Below, in pieces: positions 47,605-59,535 of a stretch of 64,000 nt of DNA. A program made the position numbers and the translations under genes. The notes beneath the pieces were generated by a model. The model was not told the DNA's origin and did no database searches. It saw nothing but the letters and a program-made list of their open reading frames with translations. Source of the stretch: a candidate division FCPU426 bacterium (GTDB lineage: Bacteria; Oederibacteriota; PGYV01; Palsa-1178); the NCBI GenBank assembly GCA_963840035.1, contig CAWIXE010000002.1:1120001-1184000 (forward strand). Reading direction: 5' to 3'. Each line of letters opens with the position of its first letter. Within the stretch, counting starts at the first letter, position 1.

Positions 47605-50600
47605 TTATTCCGCGGATACGACATAATCCGGTTCGAACAAATTAACAGGGACGGGCGCATACGTATTGGACCCCGGTTTCATCCACTTGACGTTAAAGCC
47701 GTTAGCGCCGGCGTATATTTCAATCTGATGACGTCCCTTGCTCAAGCTGAAACTCTGTACTTTTGTCATGGCCTGTTTTGTCCTGAAATATTTTTCGGCG
47801 TTCTCGTTGGATTCATTCGAGCTTAACTGCTCGGTATAGTACTTTTTGTCGATAATGAGCCTGGCGTAGATATTGCTCGCGGGTATTATGGAATAATTCC
47901 CGCTCTCGGGTATATTGATATAGCCTTTCAATACCTGGCAGTCAGCGCCCTGGAAGCTTCCCACGTCTATTTCCATGTTATTCACCTCAAAGGCAATAGG
48001 CCCCTGATCCCACATTTTTCCGGTGTAGTAATACGAATGAAGCCCGTAATTTTTCCAGTTATAAAGGTATTTCCCGTCCAGTTTTACCTGCTCAGACCCC
48101 TGGATGACGTTGCCTTCCATTTTTTTGGATTCCATTACGAGCTCAAGCCTGTCGTTTAATCCTGAACGGCGGGCGTCTATCTTTATATTATGAAAACCTT
48201 CGGCAAGCTTCAGCCCGTCCTGCGCGGCGGCGTTCCTGCCGTCGACAATCACTGTTACGGCGGATCCCGCCTTGTTATATATCCTGTACCTGCCATAATA
48301 CGGCACAAGCAGCGAGCCGCTCCATGACGCATTATACGGGACCTTACCGTCGTCAGCGGGCCTGTATACGGGAATGTCGTTTTTAACTTCGCCCCCGCCG
48401 AATGAGTACTTGCCGTTGAGCCCGCGTATTTTCTTAATGAATTCATTTTTCAGAATGACGGACTTTACAAACACGCCGAAACCCTCGCCCGATTTTACAT
48501 TTTTATTGAAATGCGAGTGTTCTATGACCTCAATGGGCGTATCCGGAAAGAATGTGGACACAACCGAGTTCATGTTTTGCCAGGTGTCATAGTGGAAAAA
48601 TATTGCAAAATCGCCGTCCTCGACATATCTCATCCACATTAACAGAGTGGTGAGCCTGTTTCCCGAGTTGGCCTCGCGGTCCCTGTACATCTTAAATGGC
48701 GGATGGCCCGGATAATAAGTGCCCGTATACAATACGACGCGGGTCTTTTCCCCGAGTTCTTTAGCGTACATGCCTGACGCGGTCGACAGCTCGTCCATGC
48801 CGCCTATCCAGCGCTGAAAATACTGATAATAATTGTCCTTCGCGATCGGTATGAGCGGAAGGATTATGATCAGAGGCAGGAAAACAACTTCAAACCTTTT
48901 CCCCAGCGCCCTTCTTAACGCCAGCCATATCCTATCAAAAGCCAGCGCGACAAAATACATGACAGGTATCATGGTCCCGAGCGCGCGCATGGCTGACGGG
49001 GCTTCTATGGAGAATATGGACCCGGCCGCCTGGGAAAAGAAGATCATGACCATGATAAAAAAGACATAATACTTGCTGAAATAAACAGCGTATAAAAAAC
49101 CTATGCCGTAAAAGACGGAGGTCCAGAAATCCACGGTGGGTTCATACGGCTGCCCCCGGAATTTCGCTGCCTTGAATCCCCCTGATGGTTGAACATCTTT
49201 AAGACAAGCACAGTATTGTCCATGATCCCCTTTCCGACATTCTTGTTCGGGGCGTTTGGGTCTTTTGAAAAAACCGACACTTCGCTTATCCTGGAAAAGT
49301 ACATGCTTTTTGAAATAAAATAATTATGCACGATCATCGACGAGAATATCCAGAACCCGAGCATGAACGCGATAATGGATATCATATGGGCCTTGAAAAA
49401 GCCTTTGTTTGAGACTGATTTAAGGAACAGGTACAGGAAGCACGGGATTATGATAAGCCAGCTGGTCATGATGCCGTGCCATGTAAAGCCCACCGCAAGC
49501 CCGGCTAAGAACCATATTGATTTTTTCCGCTGCTTGAAAGCAAGCAAAATAAAATATATCGCCAGGATTTCCGCCAGCACGGTGAATTCGCCGTACTGGC
49601 CGTACCTGCTGTAATATACGTTCCATCTGAGTATCGCGAAGATCGCCGTCGTAAATATGGCCACCCGCGGGTTGAAAGCGAGCCTTATCATGAAATAAAG
49701 CGCGGGTATGGCCAGTATTCCGACGCTTACGCCCATGAATTTAAGGGCTATCCTCTGGTCGCTGAATATCTGCAGGCCCAGCTGCGCCAGGTGGTTAAAG
49801 ATCCCGAGATTTCCCACCGTCCTGTGTTCGTCCCCGACTACCAGGTTAAGAAATCCGCCCGCTTCGTCGTTTTCCATGCCGAAAGGCCTGGCGCCAAGGT
49901 CCCACACCCTGAGATAGATTGCCGCAACAAATATAAGGCCAAAACATACAAATTCAAGCCAGGCCGGAAATTTATCGTTTTCTTCCGGTTCCTTTTCCTG
50001 GTACACGGGCATAGCCATGATGAATATGACGGCGGCGGCAATAAAGTATCTGACTGCGGCGCCAAGGCTGCCTTTTACAAACTGTACCTGCCCGAGATAC
50101 GCGATAAAAAACGCGGCAAGGATGGCCACGAGCTTTATTATGTCCATCACCCTGTTTTCCGCGGGCTTTACGCTGAACTTCATCAGCGGGAACGCGAAGA
50201 ATACCAGCGCCCCCGCGCATCCGTATAAGCCGACTGCCGTCATTGACATGGCCGGATTATAGAGGAGCTTATTTGCAAAATATAGCACGATCAAAGCCGC
50301 CGCCATAAGGGCGCCTTTAACGGCATAATTGTTTAAAAAATCAAAATTTTTGAAAAGAATGTCCGTTTCGTTTACCTTCAGCGATGTCGCGAGGATTTCC
50401 GCTTCTTCCGCGGTCATGGAGCCCTGTTTGCCCGCTTTCTTATCGTCCATTATTTCCACATTTGGAAGGCCAAAATACGCAAGCACGCAGCCGATCGTTG
50501 TTAAGACCACGCCCACATACTGGGGTTCGCGGGTGGGTTTTAAAAGCCAGAACCATCCGGCCAGGACGCATGCAAGCCCTATTAAAATGAAAAGTAATTT

Positions 50601-51157
50601 GATGCCTTTTTCAAGCCTTAATTCAAACTTAAAGGAATTGTCTTTTTTCGTAAAATACACTATGGTCGTGAGTATGACAAGTACAAGGCATTCTATCGCC
50701 GTAACAAGCTCCTGCCTGATGAACTGTATCTGGGCGATGATTGCGAAGAGTATCACTATGACTAAAAGCGCGGCTTTGGGTATGTTTACATTGATGGAAA
50801 ATTCGGGGGATATTGTTTCAGCCACGGCGCCCGGCTGCCGCGCGCGGAAGCCTTAACGTCCCCGGTTATTGCCGCGCGTCCGCCGGTCTTTATCGCGTCC
50901 GCCGCTTTTTTACCTGATTCCGATAACTGAGTGTTGACTTTTGACGTAACCTCAAGTATTTTTTTTATAACATCAACGCACTTTTTATAGATGTCTGCTG
51001 ATTTGCCGCTGATGCCGAGGATTAGCAATACAAATGATATGGCCGTGAGGGTCATCCCTATCACAGCCTCACCGTTCAAAAGCAACTCGACCTGGCCGGC
51101 GGCAAGAAACAAAACAGCCACACCGATTAAAATATAATTAAACAATTTTTGATTCAT
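47605..51157 (-). pseudogene. GT-C (ArnT/PMT-like) membrane glycosyltransferase with PA14-like domains, split into three ORFs by two frameshifts
   Basis: ORFs 50786-51157, 49101-50825 and 47605-49134 are collinear with paralogue 51386-54670; RPFGMENDE motif; restoring one G at 49153-49157 gives SGGQPYEPTVDFW. Confidence 0.78.
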
Positions 51158-51212
51158 TTTTTACCCTCTCCATGGACAATGCACTATTAATGCAAGCTTT
51201 TAAAATTTAATA

Positions 51213-51241
51213 TTTATACCACATTTTATTTTGCGTGTCAA
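51213..51241 (-). promoter_or_regulatory. Sigma70 promoter with extended -10
   Basis: TTGACA-17-(TGg)TATAAA. Confidence 0.65.
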
Positions 51242-51385
51242 CACGCATGTAAAAGCGCATTTCCGGAAAATCCATTAAAATAAAGCTGTTTTCAGGCCCG
51301 GGCTGATGGGTATGCCACAATCTGAAACACCGCGGCGGCTTTCATAAAAACCCTGCCCATGTAAGCTCCGGTATTTCCGGATGGC

Positions 51386-54300
51386 TTAAAATCCCGGGCT
51401 TAACATATCGTATGTGACCGGCCCGAACATTGTTTTTCCCTCAGGCCTGTACATAAAGCGCATAACAGCCGTATCGTTCCAATATTTATCCGTATAATGA
51501 TAATACGCGTTTATTATAAGGCGCTTTTTTCCTTTTGTCAGCGACACGGTTGTTATTGTTTCTTTTTTTCCGTCGGTAACATAAACAACCCTTCCCTCCA
51601 GCGTTACTTTGCCGTCATATCCCGTATCAAATTTGAAATCATATTTTCCATCCCGCGGAATGTCTATATAGCCGGTCCACTGTATCATGTCGCCTGATTC
51701 GTAGTCCGTGCCGAGCCTTGGATATGCCGCCCTTGGCGCGGGCCAGTACATGCGCTGTTGTATGTCCGGTTCAAGGCTTTTATACAGCACTTTTTTATAA
51801 TCCGTCGTCCTGTATTCGGCATTAAGTCCGTATATCTTGTCCGAGTTAAGCAGAAAACCGCGCGGGATGTCAATAAAGCCCTGGAGCCCGTCATATTTCC
51901 ATTTTAACGCCGCCCTTACTTCCGCTGTTTTTTTCATGACAACCTTTATCCTGTGCAGGCCCACGTAAAGCATCTGGGGTCCTCTGGCAATGGCGCCGTT
52001 TAAATATACTTCACCCGCCCCGTTTTCAACTTTGAATTCATAATTTTTATACTCCGGTATGTCGATAAGCCCGCTGAATACCGCCCTGTCAAACGTGCCG
52101 TCAAAAACGACCTCCGGCGATACAGAACGCACCGCGCCGGACGGCGCGCCGTTTTTTGACTTTACAATATCCAGCGTCGTCAGCGCGTCTATGTCCTTAT
52201 ACGGTATATTGGCAAAAGCCATGGCCACAAACGGGACCTTGGGGTCAAAGACATAAAACCACGAATACAGCATATTAAGGTCTATGACCGCGTCGGGATA
52301 TTTCCACTCATAGCAATACTTAAGCTTTGACGTTTTGTCAAACTGCCAGAAATTATGGTCCCATATGTATTTCATTTCCATGTCCGGGAAATATTCCTTA
52401 AACCGCGGCAGTGACTTGTAATAAATACCCTCGCCCACCACGCTTACATTTTTATTGTCGTTGTTGAACAACTGGTAAAGCTGCAGGCGTGATACATCCT
52501 CGGTTTTCCTGCATTTGTCAAGGTTCGCGCCTGAAATTTCCTTTACCGTCCCGCAATAGTAATTATCTATGAAGAATACAGACGGATGGAATATGGTGTC
52601 CTTATAATGCTTCATCATTTCTTTGCCCAGCATCAGGTCCGCCTGCCTGTAATATACCTGCGTATGCGGGTCATTCTTGTACATGACAAAGAAATTATTA
52701 AAATTATAAAATATGAAATGCGCCATGGCATAGGCGAAAACCAGCGGAGCTATCCATTTGAATATCCGCGGCCACAGCGAGTTAAGTTTTGCCATTACCC
52801 TTTCCATTCCAAGTGCTATGAACAGCATCAAAGGCGGTATGCCCATGACCATCCTGCTCGGGAACGGGTCTTCAGGCCCGAGCCTGGATAAGAAACCGCC
52901 CGCTAAACCGGCGCATAAGAACGCTATGGCAAAAAGGCTTGCCGGCTTCCTCCATGTGAAAGCCAGGAATCCCGCCCCGACAATGGCCCAGTATCCTGTC
53001 ATCATGTCAAAAAACGGCTTTTGCGGGAGATTATGGCAGTAACCGTTTGCCGAAAGGGTAAAAAACATCTGTATGTTCCTTATTATGTTCTCGGATAAAT
53101 TACGCATGTCCTCCATGCTGGGAGGCATGTGGTTAATGAGCGCCACCTTGCTGACCCTCTGGGCGTATGTGGCATAATGCTGGGCCGCGTAATCAAGCAT
53201 GGGCAGGTAAATGATAATGCCGGCAACGGCTAAAAGCACCAGCCCCCTCCAGCCGGACAACACCTTTTTCCTGTTTTCAGCGTCAAAGAGTACCAGCGCC
53301 GTGAACATCACAAAAAAGAACGGCAGCAGCCGGGCCGCGTTATAAAAGTAAAGGTTAAGCCCCACAAGCGCCCCGGAACCCACAAAGAACGCCATGTTGC
53401 CCTTTTTAAGCGCGTGATAAAAAAGATACAGGCTTGCAGCGGCAAGCAGAGGATTTGGCATCCACATAATGGCAATCCTGCTGTATAAAAGCGTCAAAAA
53501 GAAACATGCCGCAAGTATCGACGAAATGACGCCGACCGTCCTGTTAAACAGGTTCTTAAAAAGAAGGTAAGTGAATACAAGCATCAGCGCCGAGGACAGC
53601 ATGGAAAACAGCCTGGATGTAAAAAGATCGACTCCCCCTGTCATTTTTGCAAGGAGCGTTATAAGAAATACCTGCAGGGAAGGCGCGCTTAATTCTTCAT
53701 TTGGGAAGTACAGGCCGTATTTTGTCCCGGATGCCATGGCTTTGGCAAGATGGACGGTATTGCGCTCGTCGCCGTGAATGCCGGGCGGAATATCATAAAA
53801 CTGCCAGTTAAAAAGTATCATACCGGCTATAAAAATAAAAACCATGAACGCGGCGTCAAATAAATTAAGCCTGTCGCCCGCCCCGCCCTCCGGTTTAAAT
53901 CCTTTATCACCCGGCGCCGCGCCGAATAAAAACGCGGCTACGATGAAATATACAAAAGCCGAATGAAAATCATAATTCCTGAGGCTCATAAAAGCCATGT
54001 AAAAAAGCAACAGCGATGCTGCAATCATGGCAAGCGACATGTATTTTTGCGCGGAAGTAAGCACAAGCTCCGCGGGCTTTACGGCCGCATTCCCGTCCTT
54101 GAGAGTCTTATCCACAGGCCTGAATATCAGGACAAGCTGAATCAAGGATGCTATAAAGGCGATATCAGCGATGAGCCAGAGTCCGGCTTTTATGAGGTAA
54201 ACCCCTATGAACGCGAGCAAAAGCGCATTTGCGGACTTTAAAACCGCAAACAGCAATCCCCCCTGCAAAGGCTTATATGCGTTTTCACGAATCTCAAACT

Positions 54301-54670
54301 GAGCGGGTGTCTTATCAAAAATATAAAAAAAGTAAAACGCGGTTAAAAGCCCCGGGGTAAAAAAGAGCAGGCCTTTTGCCATCATGTGCGCCTTATAAAG
54401 GTCAAAACCCTTGCCCAGCATGACCAGCGATCCGAGCAGCAGAAAAAGTTTCCACATCACAGACGCAAGCGGCTGGACCCATTTCTGGCCCGGGTCCGGC
54501 TCATTTTCGCTTATGGCCCTGGTAAAAAAACACATGAATGCCAGTAACGAAATCTCAATGAACGCGACAAAATCCTCCAGCTTATAAGGTTCCCTGCTTC
54601 CCGCCCAAATAGCGGCTATTAAAAATACAACACCGAGGCTTATTAACGGCAACATTTTCCTGAGTTTCAT
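51386..54670 (-). CDS. GT-C (ArnT/PMT-like) membrane glycosyltransferase with tandem PA14-like domains
   Basis: Many TMs, IPPGIHGDE, SRLFS, LLYSR; C-terminal GLNAEY...WTGYIDIP.DG.YDF. Confidence 0.82.
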   Translation of the reverse strand: MKLRKMLPLISLGVVFLIAAIWAGSREPYKLEDFVAFIEISLLAFMCFFTRAISENEPDPGQKWVQPLASVMWKLFLLLGSLVMLGKGFDLYKAHMMAKGLLFFTPGLLTAFYFFYIFDKTPAQFEIRENAYKPLQGGLLFAVLKSANALLLAFIGVYLIKAGLWLIADIAFIASLIQLVLIFRPVDKTLKDGNAAVKPAELVLTSAQKYMSLAMIAASLLLFYMAFMSLRNYDFHSAFVYFIVAAFLFGAAPGDKGFKPEGGAGDRLNLFDAAFMVFIFIAGMILFNWQFYDIPPGIHGDERNTVHLAKAMASGTKYGLYFPNEELSAPSLQVFLITLLAKMTGGVDLFTSRLFSMLSSALMLVFTYLLFKNLFNRTVGVISSILAACFFLTLLYSRIAIMWMPNPLLAAASLYLFYHALKKGNMAFFVGSGALVGLNLYFYNAARLLPFFFVMFTALVLFDAENRKKVLSGWRGLVLLAVAGIIIYLPMLDYAAQHYATYAQRVSKVALINHMPPSMEDMRNLSENIIRNIQMFFTLSANGYCHNLPQKPFFDMMTGYWAIVGAGFLAFTWRKPASLFAIAFLCAGLAGGFLSRLGPEDPFPSRMVMGIPPLMLFIALGMERVMAKLNSLWPRIFKWIAPLVFAYAMAHFIFYNFNNFFVMYKNDPHTQVYYRQADLMLGKEMMKHYKDTIFHPSVFFIDNYYCGTVKEISGANLDKCRKTEDVSRLQLYQLFNNDNKNVSVVGEGIYYKSLPRFKEYFPDMEMKYIWDHNFWQFDKTSKLKYCYEWKYPDAVIDLNMLYSWFYVFDPKVPFVAMAFANIPYKDIDALTTLDIVKSKNGAPSGAVRSVSPEVVFDGTFDRAVFSGLIDIPEYKNYEFKVENGAGEVYLNGAIARGPQMLYVGLHRIKVVMKKTAEVRAALKWKYDGLQGFIDIPRGFLLNSDKIYGLNAEYRTTDYKKVLYKSLEPDIQQRMYWPAPRAAYPRLGTDYESGDMIQWTGYIDIPRDGKYDFKFDTGYDGKVTLEGRVVYVTDGKKETITTVSLTKGKKRLIINAYYHYTDKYWNDTAVMRFMYRPEGKTMFGPVTYDMLSPGF

Positions 54671-54723
54671 AGGAATTTCTCCTTTTTATGATTCCCGCAG
54701 CGCTTACGCGCTCCGGATGTGAT

Positions 54724-55659
54724 TTACTTGAAATTAACCCTTTTTTCCTCCACAACAAGGGGCCTTTTCATGACCCTTGTGTTTATGTTCAGTATATACT
54801 CCCCGAGAAACCCTATGAAAAAGAGCTGTATGGAACCGAGGAAAAATATGGATACTATTTCAGGCGCCGTCCCCAGAGGGAACCTGTCCCAGAAAATCAG
54901 TTTCATCGCCAGGTAATACAGGGCTATGAGTAAAGACAACCCCGCTATTATGAACCCAAAAATGGTCGCGAAACGCATGACAACTTTTGAATAGGACGTT
55001 ATTCCGAGCATGGCCATGTCGTAAAGCGTGTACCAGTTATTTTTTGTCTTACCGAACCTGCGCTTTTGCTGGGTGTATTCTATCTGTTTGTGCATGAACC
55101 CGAGTTCCGCGACGATCCCGCGCATGTAAGGCATGGGGTCGTCAAGCTTTCTTAACACATCGATGAACGACCTGTCATAGAGTCCAAAACCCGTAAAATG
55201 CTCAAGCTGCTCGGTCTCCGCGATTTTCTTAAGCAGGCTGTAATAGCACGCGCGGATAAAATACATCACGGGATTTTCATAGCTTTTGCTTTTCTTTCCG
55301 GTGACTATCTTAAAGCCTTTTTCCCATTCCCTCACAAAATCCGCTATCATTTCAGGCGGGTCCTGAAAATCAGCGCACATGACTATGGAGCAATCCCCTG
55401 AAGTCTGCAGCAGCCCGTAATACGGCGACCTGATATGCCCGAAATTCTTGGCGTTAAAGACGGCCTTTACCTCTTTATGAATGGCGCACAGCCCCTCGAT
55501 GCGCTCCCTCGTCCTGTCGGTCGAATAATTGTCTATGAATAATATTTCAAACCCGTAACCCGCGAGCTTTTCCCTGAATACCCTGTAAATCTCGTCGCAT
55601 AACGGTATTACATTATCCTCTTCATTATAAGTCGGGATCATTACCGATATTATTTTCAC
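54724..55659 (-). CDS. GT2 polyprenyl-phosphate glycosyltransferase (GtrB/ArnC-like)
   Basis: IPTYNEE, IDN.STD.T, NFG, AD.QDPP, two C-terminal TMs, GEYI..I....MKRP; GTG overlaps the upstream TGA. Confidence 0.9.
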   Translation of the reverse strand: MKIISVMIPTYNEEDNVIPLCDEIYRVFREKLAGYGFEILFIDNYSTDRTRERIEGLCAIHKEVKAVFNAKNFGHIRSPYYGLLQTSGDCSIVMCADFQDPPEMIADFVREWEKGFKIVTGKKSKSYENPVMYFIRACYYSLLKKIAETEQLEHFTGFGLYDRSFIDVLRKLDDPMPYMRGIVAELGFMHKQIEYTQQKRRFGKTKNNWYTLYDMAMLGITSYSKVVMRFATIFGFIIAGLSLLIALYYLAMKLIFWDRFPLGTAPEIVSIFFLGSIQLFFIGFLGEYILNINTRVMKRPLVVEEKRVNFK

Positions 55660-56576
55660 TTTACACCCCTCCTGCTCCATTCGATAGTTTCTTTTATGCC
55701 TTTCTCAAAAGAATACGCCGGCTTAAAACCCGTGTCACGCATGAGCGGTTTTATGTCAGCGCGCAGGTGCATGACCTGCTTTGGTTCATATTCTTTTTCT
55801 CCGATGCCCAGCTTCAGCCCGGGGTCCACGGCGTCACGCAGGATCCCGACGTATTCTTTCAGGGGCCTGGCTTTGCCGCTGCCAATATTGTATGTGGCCC
55901 CGTCACGGCCGGACTTGCCTGCCATTATAAGGGCGCGCGCCGCGTCCGCGCAGTATAGATAATCCCACTTTTGCCCGCATTTTGTCAACTGCGGTTTTTC
56001 GCCTTTCAATAGAGCGGATATAACATAACTAATCATAGTCGCCGGGCTGTCATGCGGCCCGTATACGCTGAATATCCTGGTCCATATGTGCCTTAAGGAC
56101 AGGCGGGAACAAATCATGGCCGAGAGCTTCCCCGCGGCGAATTTCGCCGTCCCGTATGCAGTCTCGGGCGCCGCCTTTATGTCCGAAGAGGCTGTTCCGT
56201 CAACCCTGCCGTACTCTGCCTGCGACCCGGCGCCGATAAAAACACCGCACCCGGCCGCTGAAGCTGCTTTTACCGCGCTTAAAGTATAGCCGATATTCCT
56301 CTCCTGCATTTCAGGGTCATGCCTTCCCTGCTTATCCGTAAACCCCCACGCGAGATGGTAAAAAGCGTCATGTTTTTCCTTTATCAGCTGCGGTAATTTT
56401 TCAAAATCCTCAAGGCTGCATTCGGCAACACTGACAAGGCTGCTTGCGGGAAGCGTTTTTATTTTGTCCGACCCGCCCCTTACAACCGCGGTCACGGAAA
56501 TATCGCCCCTGACGCATTCGTTTATGAGCGCGATCCCTATCATGCTTGTGGCGCCTGTGATTATGATTTTTTTCAT
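55656..56576 (-). CDS. NAD-dependent epimerase/dehydratase
   Basis: TGATSMIG, HLAW, GSQAEYG, YG.AK, RIFSVYGP. Confidence 0.9.
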   Translation of the reverse strand: MKKIIITGATSMIGIALINECVRGDISVTAVVRGGSDKIKTLPASSLVSVAECSLEDFEKLPQLIKEKHDAFYHLAWGFTDKQGRHDPEMQERNIGYTLSAVKAASAAGCGVFIGAGSQAEYGRVDGTASSDIKAAPETAYGTAKFAAGKLSAMICSRLSLRHIWTRIFSVYGPHDSPATMISYVISALLKGEKPQLTKCGQKWDYLYCADAARALIMAGKSGRDGATYNIGSGKARPLKEYVGILRDAVDPGLKLGIGEKEYEPKQVMHLRADIKPLMRDTGFKPAYSFEKGIKETIEWSRRGVK

Positions 56577-56630
56577 TTTTACCCTTTGTATTTTATCCCG
56601 TATTTTTCCGGACGGTTTGCATCCGCCGCT

Positions 56631-59426
56631 TTAATATTGCGTAAACCATTCATACGGCGCCATCTGCCTCACGGTTTCACCCGGCGGCACCACAAAAAGC
56701 GCGAATATCCTTTTTGTCCATATGTAGGCCTCAATAAGGGTGTATATTTCTATCCTGTACTTCTTGTTTTTGTCAAGAATGACCTTTTTATGGACATCCA
56801 GCCTGTTAGTCGTGTAGCTGTCATAAATCAGTTCCCCGTCCAGGACAATCTTCGCCTTTACTGATTCAAAACATTCAAAAGAGTATTCTCCGGACACGGG
56901 AACCTGCATATACCCGTCGCACCTGCGCGACAAAGGCGGGTCAACAGACAACCCATCATACATTCTTTCATCAGGCGTAATGAACCTGTGCGTGTAGGCG
57001 TACGGCGGGCCCCATTTTCCGATTCCCTGCCTGTCATATACGCGCACGCCAAAATTCCCTTCCATTGCTACCACGCGTCCCTCGGCTGCAAGGTTGCGGT
57101 TTTCGTACATGGCGGCGAAAGGAAGCCCGTTGGAATTGGCCGCCGGCACCACGCCCGATATTTCAAAGAAATGTATCCCGCCGTCGGCAAAAACAGGTTT
57201 TGACAAAGCGACGCCGTTGCCGTCCAGTTTCATTTTCCATCCGGGCCATGCCATGGTAAATACCGTCATTGACTTGCTGTTTTCCTTGTAACCGTTTTCC
57301 GGCATTAAAAGAGCGCCTTTTAAGACAACCTTTTTGCCGGCATATGCCGCGCTGAATGCCGGGTCCCCGAAAACCCTGACCCTTTCATTCCCGCCTTCTT
57401 TTTCCATAAACAGCATCGTCTGAAAATCAACAACGTCTTTCTTCGGTATAAACACACCGGCGCTCATTACAAACGGCACGCATTCCTCGATCTGCCTCCA
57501 CCCGGAAGGCGTCACATCCATGGTCGAGTAATAAGGGTCCTTTTCATTTTCCTTTTTTTCGCGCTCTATTTCAAGGACGCTTGAAGGAAAATATTTGGTA
57601 AAGATCCCGGAAGCGTTCGCATAAAACGGCGAGAACATCACCACATTGTCCCGGGCAGGGTCAAGCACAAGCATTTCTTCCATATACAAGCGCACGCTGA
57701 CCGGCTTTTTATACGTTAAGAATGATATATACCCGTCTGTCATCGTCAAATACTGGTTGATAATGACATTCGCGTCCGGATGGGCGTCCATCATTTTTTT
57801 CATTTTATACTGGCTGTGATTGCCCTGTATTTTTACGCCGGGGCTCTGCATGAATTTAAAGAAATAACCGTCAAACCCGTTCCAGAAAGTCACGCCTGCC
57901 GCTGCTATGCCCGCGACTAAAAATACCGAATATATTTTTTTAAACCCGCTGTTTTTAATGACCCTTTTCATCCTCTCTATGGCAAACGAGACCATGAGAA
58001 AAATAATCGGGAACGACATGAGCGCCCTCTGGGCGTTTGGCTCATTTGAGCCGCCGCCGCCAAGCATTGCCGGCAGCATGCCGCCGCAAAAAAATATGAG
58101 AAGCATGGATGGTATGGGGCGCCAGAAATTAATAAGCGCCAGGAAAAGCCCGGCTGGAAAAAGCATGCCCGGGATGGCTTCAAGCAACGGCTTCCACGGC
58201 GGGTGCGCGAATATCTCCCAGGCTGATTTGATATGAAACATGCCGGAATATATGGCCAGCTTGGACATCATCATGTTCCAGTAGCCCTTGAGCCCGCCGG
58301 CTCCCGCGGGGTTTACGCTGTTTACATAACTCCAATACTGGTCGCCGTGCGTTATGGCAAAATAAATTATCGGGCTGGCCACGGCGGCGAACCCCGCCCA
58401 AAAAATAGCCGCATTATACCACTTATGGAAAAGCTTCACCCTCATGATGAACATCCATGCGAACCACGCCAGGTAAAGCACAAAAACGCCCCTTCCCGGC
58501 ACATAGCCGTGCAGGGAAAATCCGGCAGCGGCGCCCGCGGCAAGGAAGATATACCATACGGGTCTTTTGCAGGCGGCCAGCAGCAGGCCCATGCCCAGAA
58601 CCTGAGGGATAAAAAGCAGTGTAAAAGGGCCGTATAGCCTGGAAATGGACATGTGATATACCATCGCCGAATACATCACCGCGCCTATCGCGGCGGAATA
58701 CGGCGAAGTAATGCGCCTGGCAAGGAAATAAAAAGCTATTATGGATATAACCCCGAGAACGGCGCTTGACATCCTGAAACTGCCCAGGCACCATCCGAAA
58801 ACCTTTGCAAAGAAAAGCCCAATATAAAAAACAAGCGTCGGCCAGCTTAAACCGGCGCCAATATGCATCCAGTAGTCCGGAGTCCCGTCAAGCTCATAAC
58901 TGCCGCCGACCATCAGGCCCTCGCCGCCGCTTCCGGCCTGCGGTATGTCATTGAGGTACCAGAACCTAATTATTGCCGATACAACCAGCAATATGGCCAC
59001 AAACCACGGCTCCCATTTTTCCATGGGCGCTGTTTTCTCCGGAATGCCATAATATTCGGATGGCTTCTCGCCAAACGGCCTTGCTAAAAAAAGCATGATG
59101 CCGGAAATTATAAAAAACGCAAGCCCGGCCGCAGGGGTAATTTTCACCACAATGGCGGCTATCGCCGCAATCACAAGGGCTATTACCGCCATGATAACCG
59201 ACGCCGCGCGGATTATTTTTTCATTGTTGCGGATAAAGTCAGTATTATTCGAAAACACAGCCTTAATTTTTTCAAAAGTAAACGCCCCGAAAAAAAGCCT
59301 TAAAATAGCCGCCATGAAAGAAACCGAGGTAAGAACGAGCCCGGGGTTCATTTTATTGTTCAAAATAAACAGCTGTCCCGCGATGATGCCCAGCGCGATT
59401 ATTCCAATCATCAATTTATCAAACAT
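56631..59426 (-). CDS. GT-C-like membrane glycosyltransferase with PA14-like C-terminus
   Basis: Same architecture as paralogues; RFWYL.DIP....GE; GYMQVPVSGEYSF. Confidence 0.78.
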   Translation of the reverse strand: MFDKLMIGIIALGIIAGQLFILNNKMNPGLVLTSVSFMAAILRLFFGAFTFEKIKAVFSNNTDFIRNNEKIIRAASVIMAVIALVIAAIAAIVVKITPAAGLAFFIISGIMLFLARPFGEKPSEYYGIPEKTAPMEKWEPWFVAILLVVSAIIRFWYLNDIPQAGSGGEGLMVGGSYELDGTPDYWMHIGAGLSWPTLVFYIGLFFAKVFGWCLGSFRMSSAVLGVISIIAFYFLARRITSPYSAAIGAVMYSAMVYHMSISRLYGPFTLLFIPQVLGMGLLLAACKRPVWYIFLAAGAAAGFSLHGYVPGRGVFVLYLAWFAWMFIMRVKLFHKWYNAAIFWAGFAAVASPIIYFAITHGDQYWSYVNSVNPAGAGGLKGYWNMMMSKLAIYSGMFHIKSAWEIFAHPPWKPLLEAIPGMLFPAGLFLALINFWRPIPSMLLIFFCGGMLPAMLGGGGSNEPNAQRALMSFPIIFLMVSFAIERMKRVIKNSGFKKIYSVFLVAGIAAAGVTFWNGFDGYFFKFMQSPGVKIQGNHSQYKMKKMMDAHPDANVIINQYLTMTDGYISFLTYKKPVSVRLYMEEMLVLDPARDNVVMFSPFYANASGIFTKYFPSSVLEIEREKKENEKDPYYSTMDVTPSGWRQIEECVPFVMSAGVFIPKKDVVDFQTMLFMEKEGGNERVRVFGDPAFSAAYAGKKVVLKGALLMPENGYKENSKSMTVFTMAWPGWKMKLDGNGVALSKPVFADGGIHFFEISGVVPAANSNGLPFAAMYENRNLAAEGRVVAMEGNFGVRVYDRQGIGKWGPPYAYTHRFITPDERMYDGLSVDPPLSRRCDGYMQVPVSGEYSFECFESVKAKIVLDGELIYDSYTTNRLDVHKKVILDKNKKYRIEIYTLIEAYIWTKRIFALFVVPPGETVRQMAPYEWFTQY

Positions 59427-59535
59427 TTTTCACCTCATGATTATTTCATATTTATCCGCCGGAACCGCTGCCCCGTTTGACCGCGGATTTATGGGGCCAT
59501 TGTGTTCAGGAGCCGCAATTCCGCGGCTGACCGGC

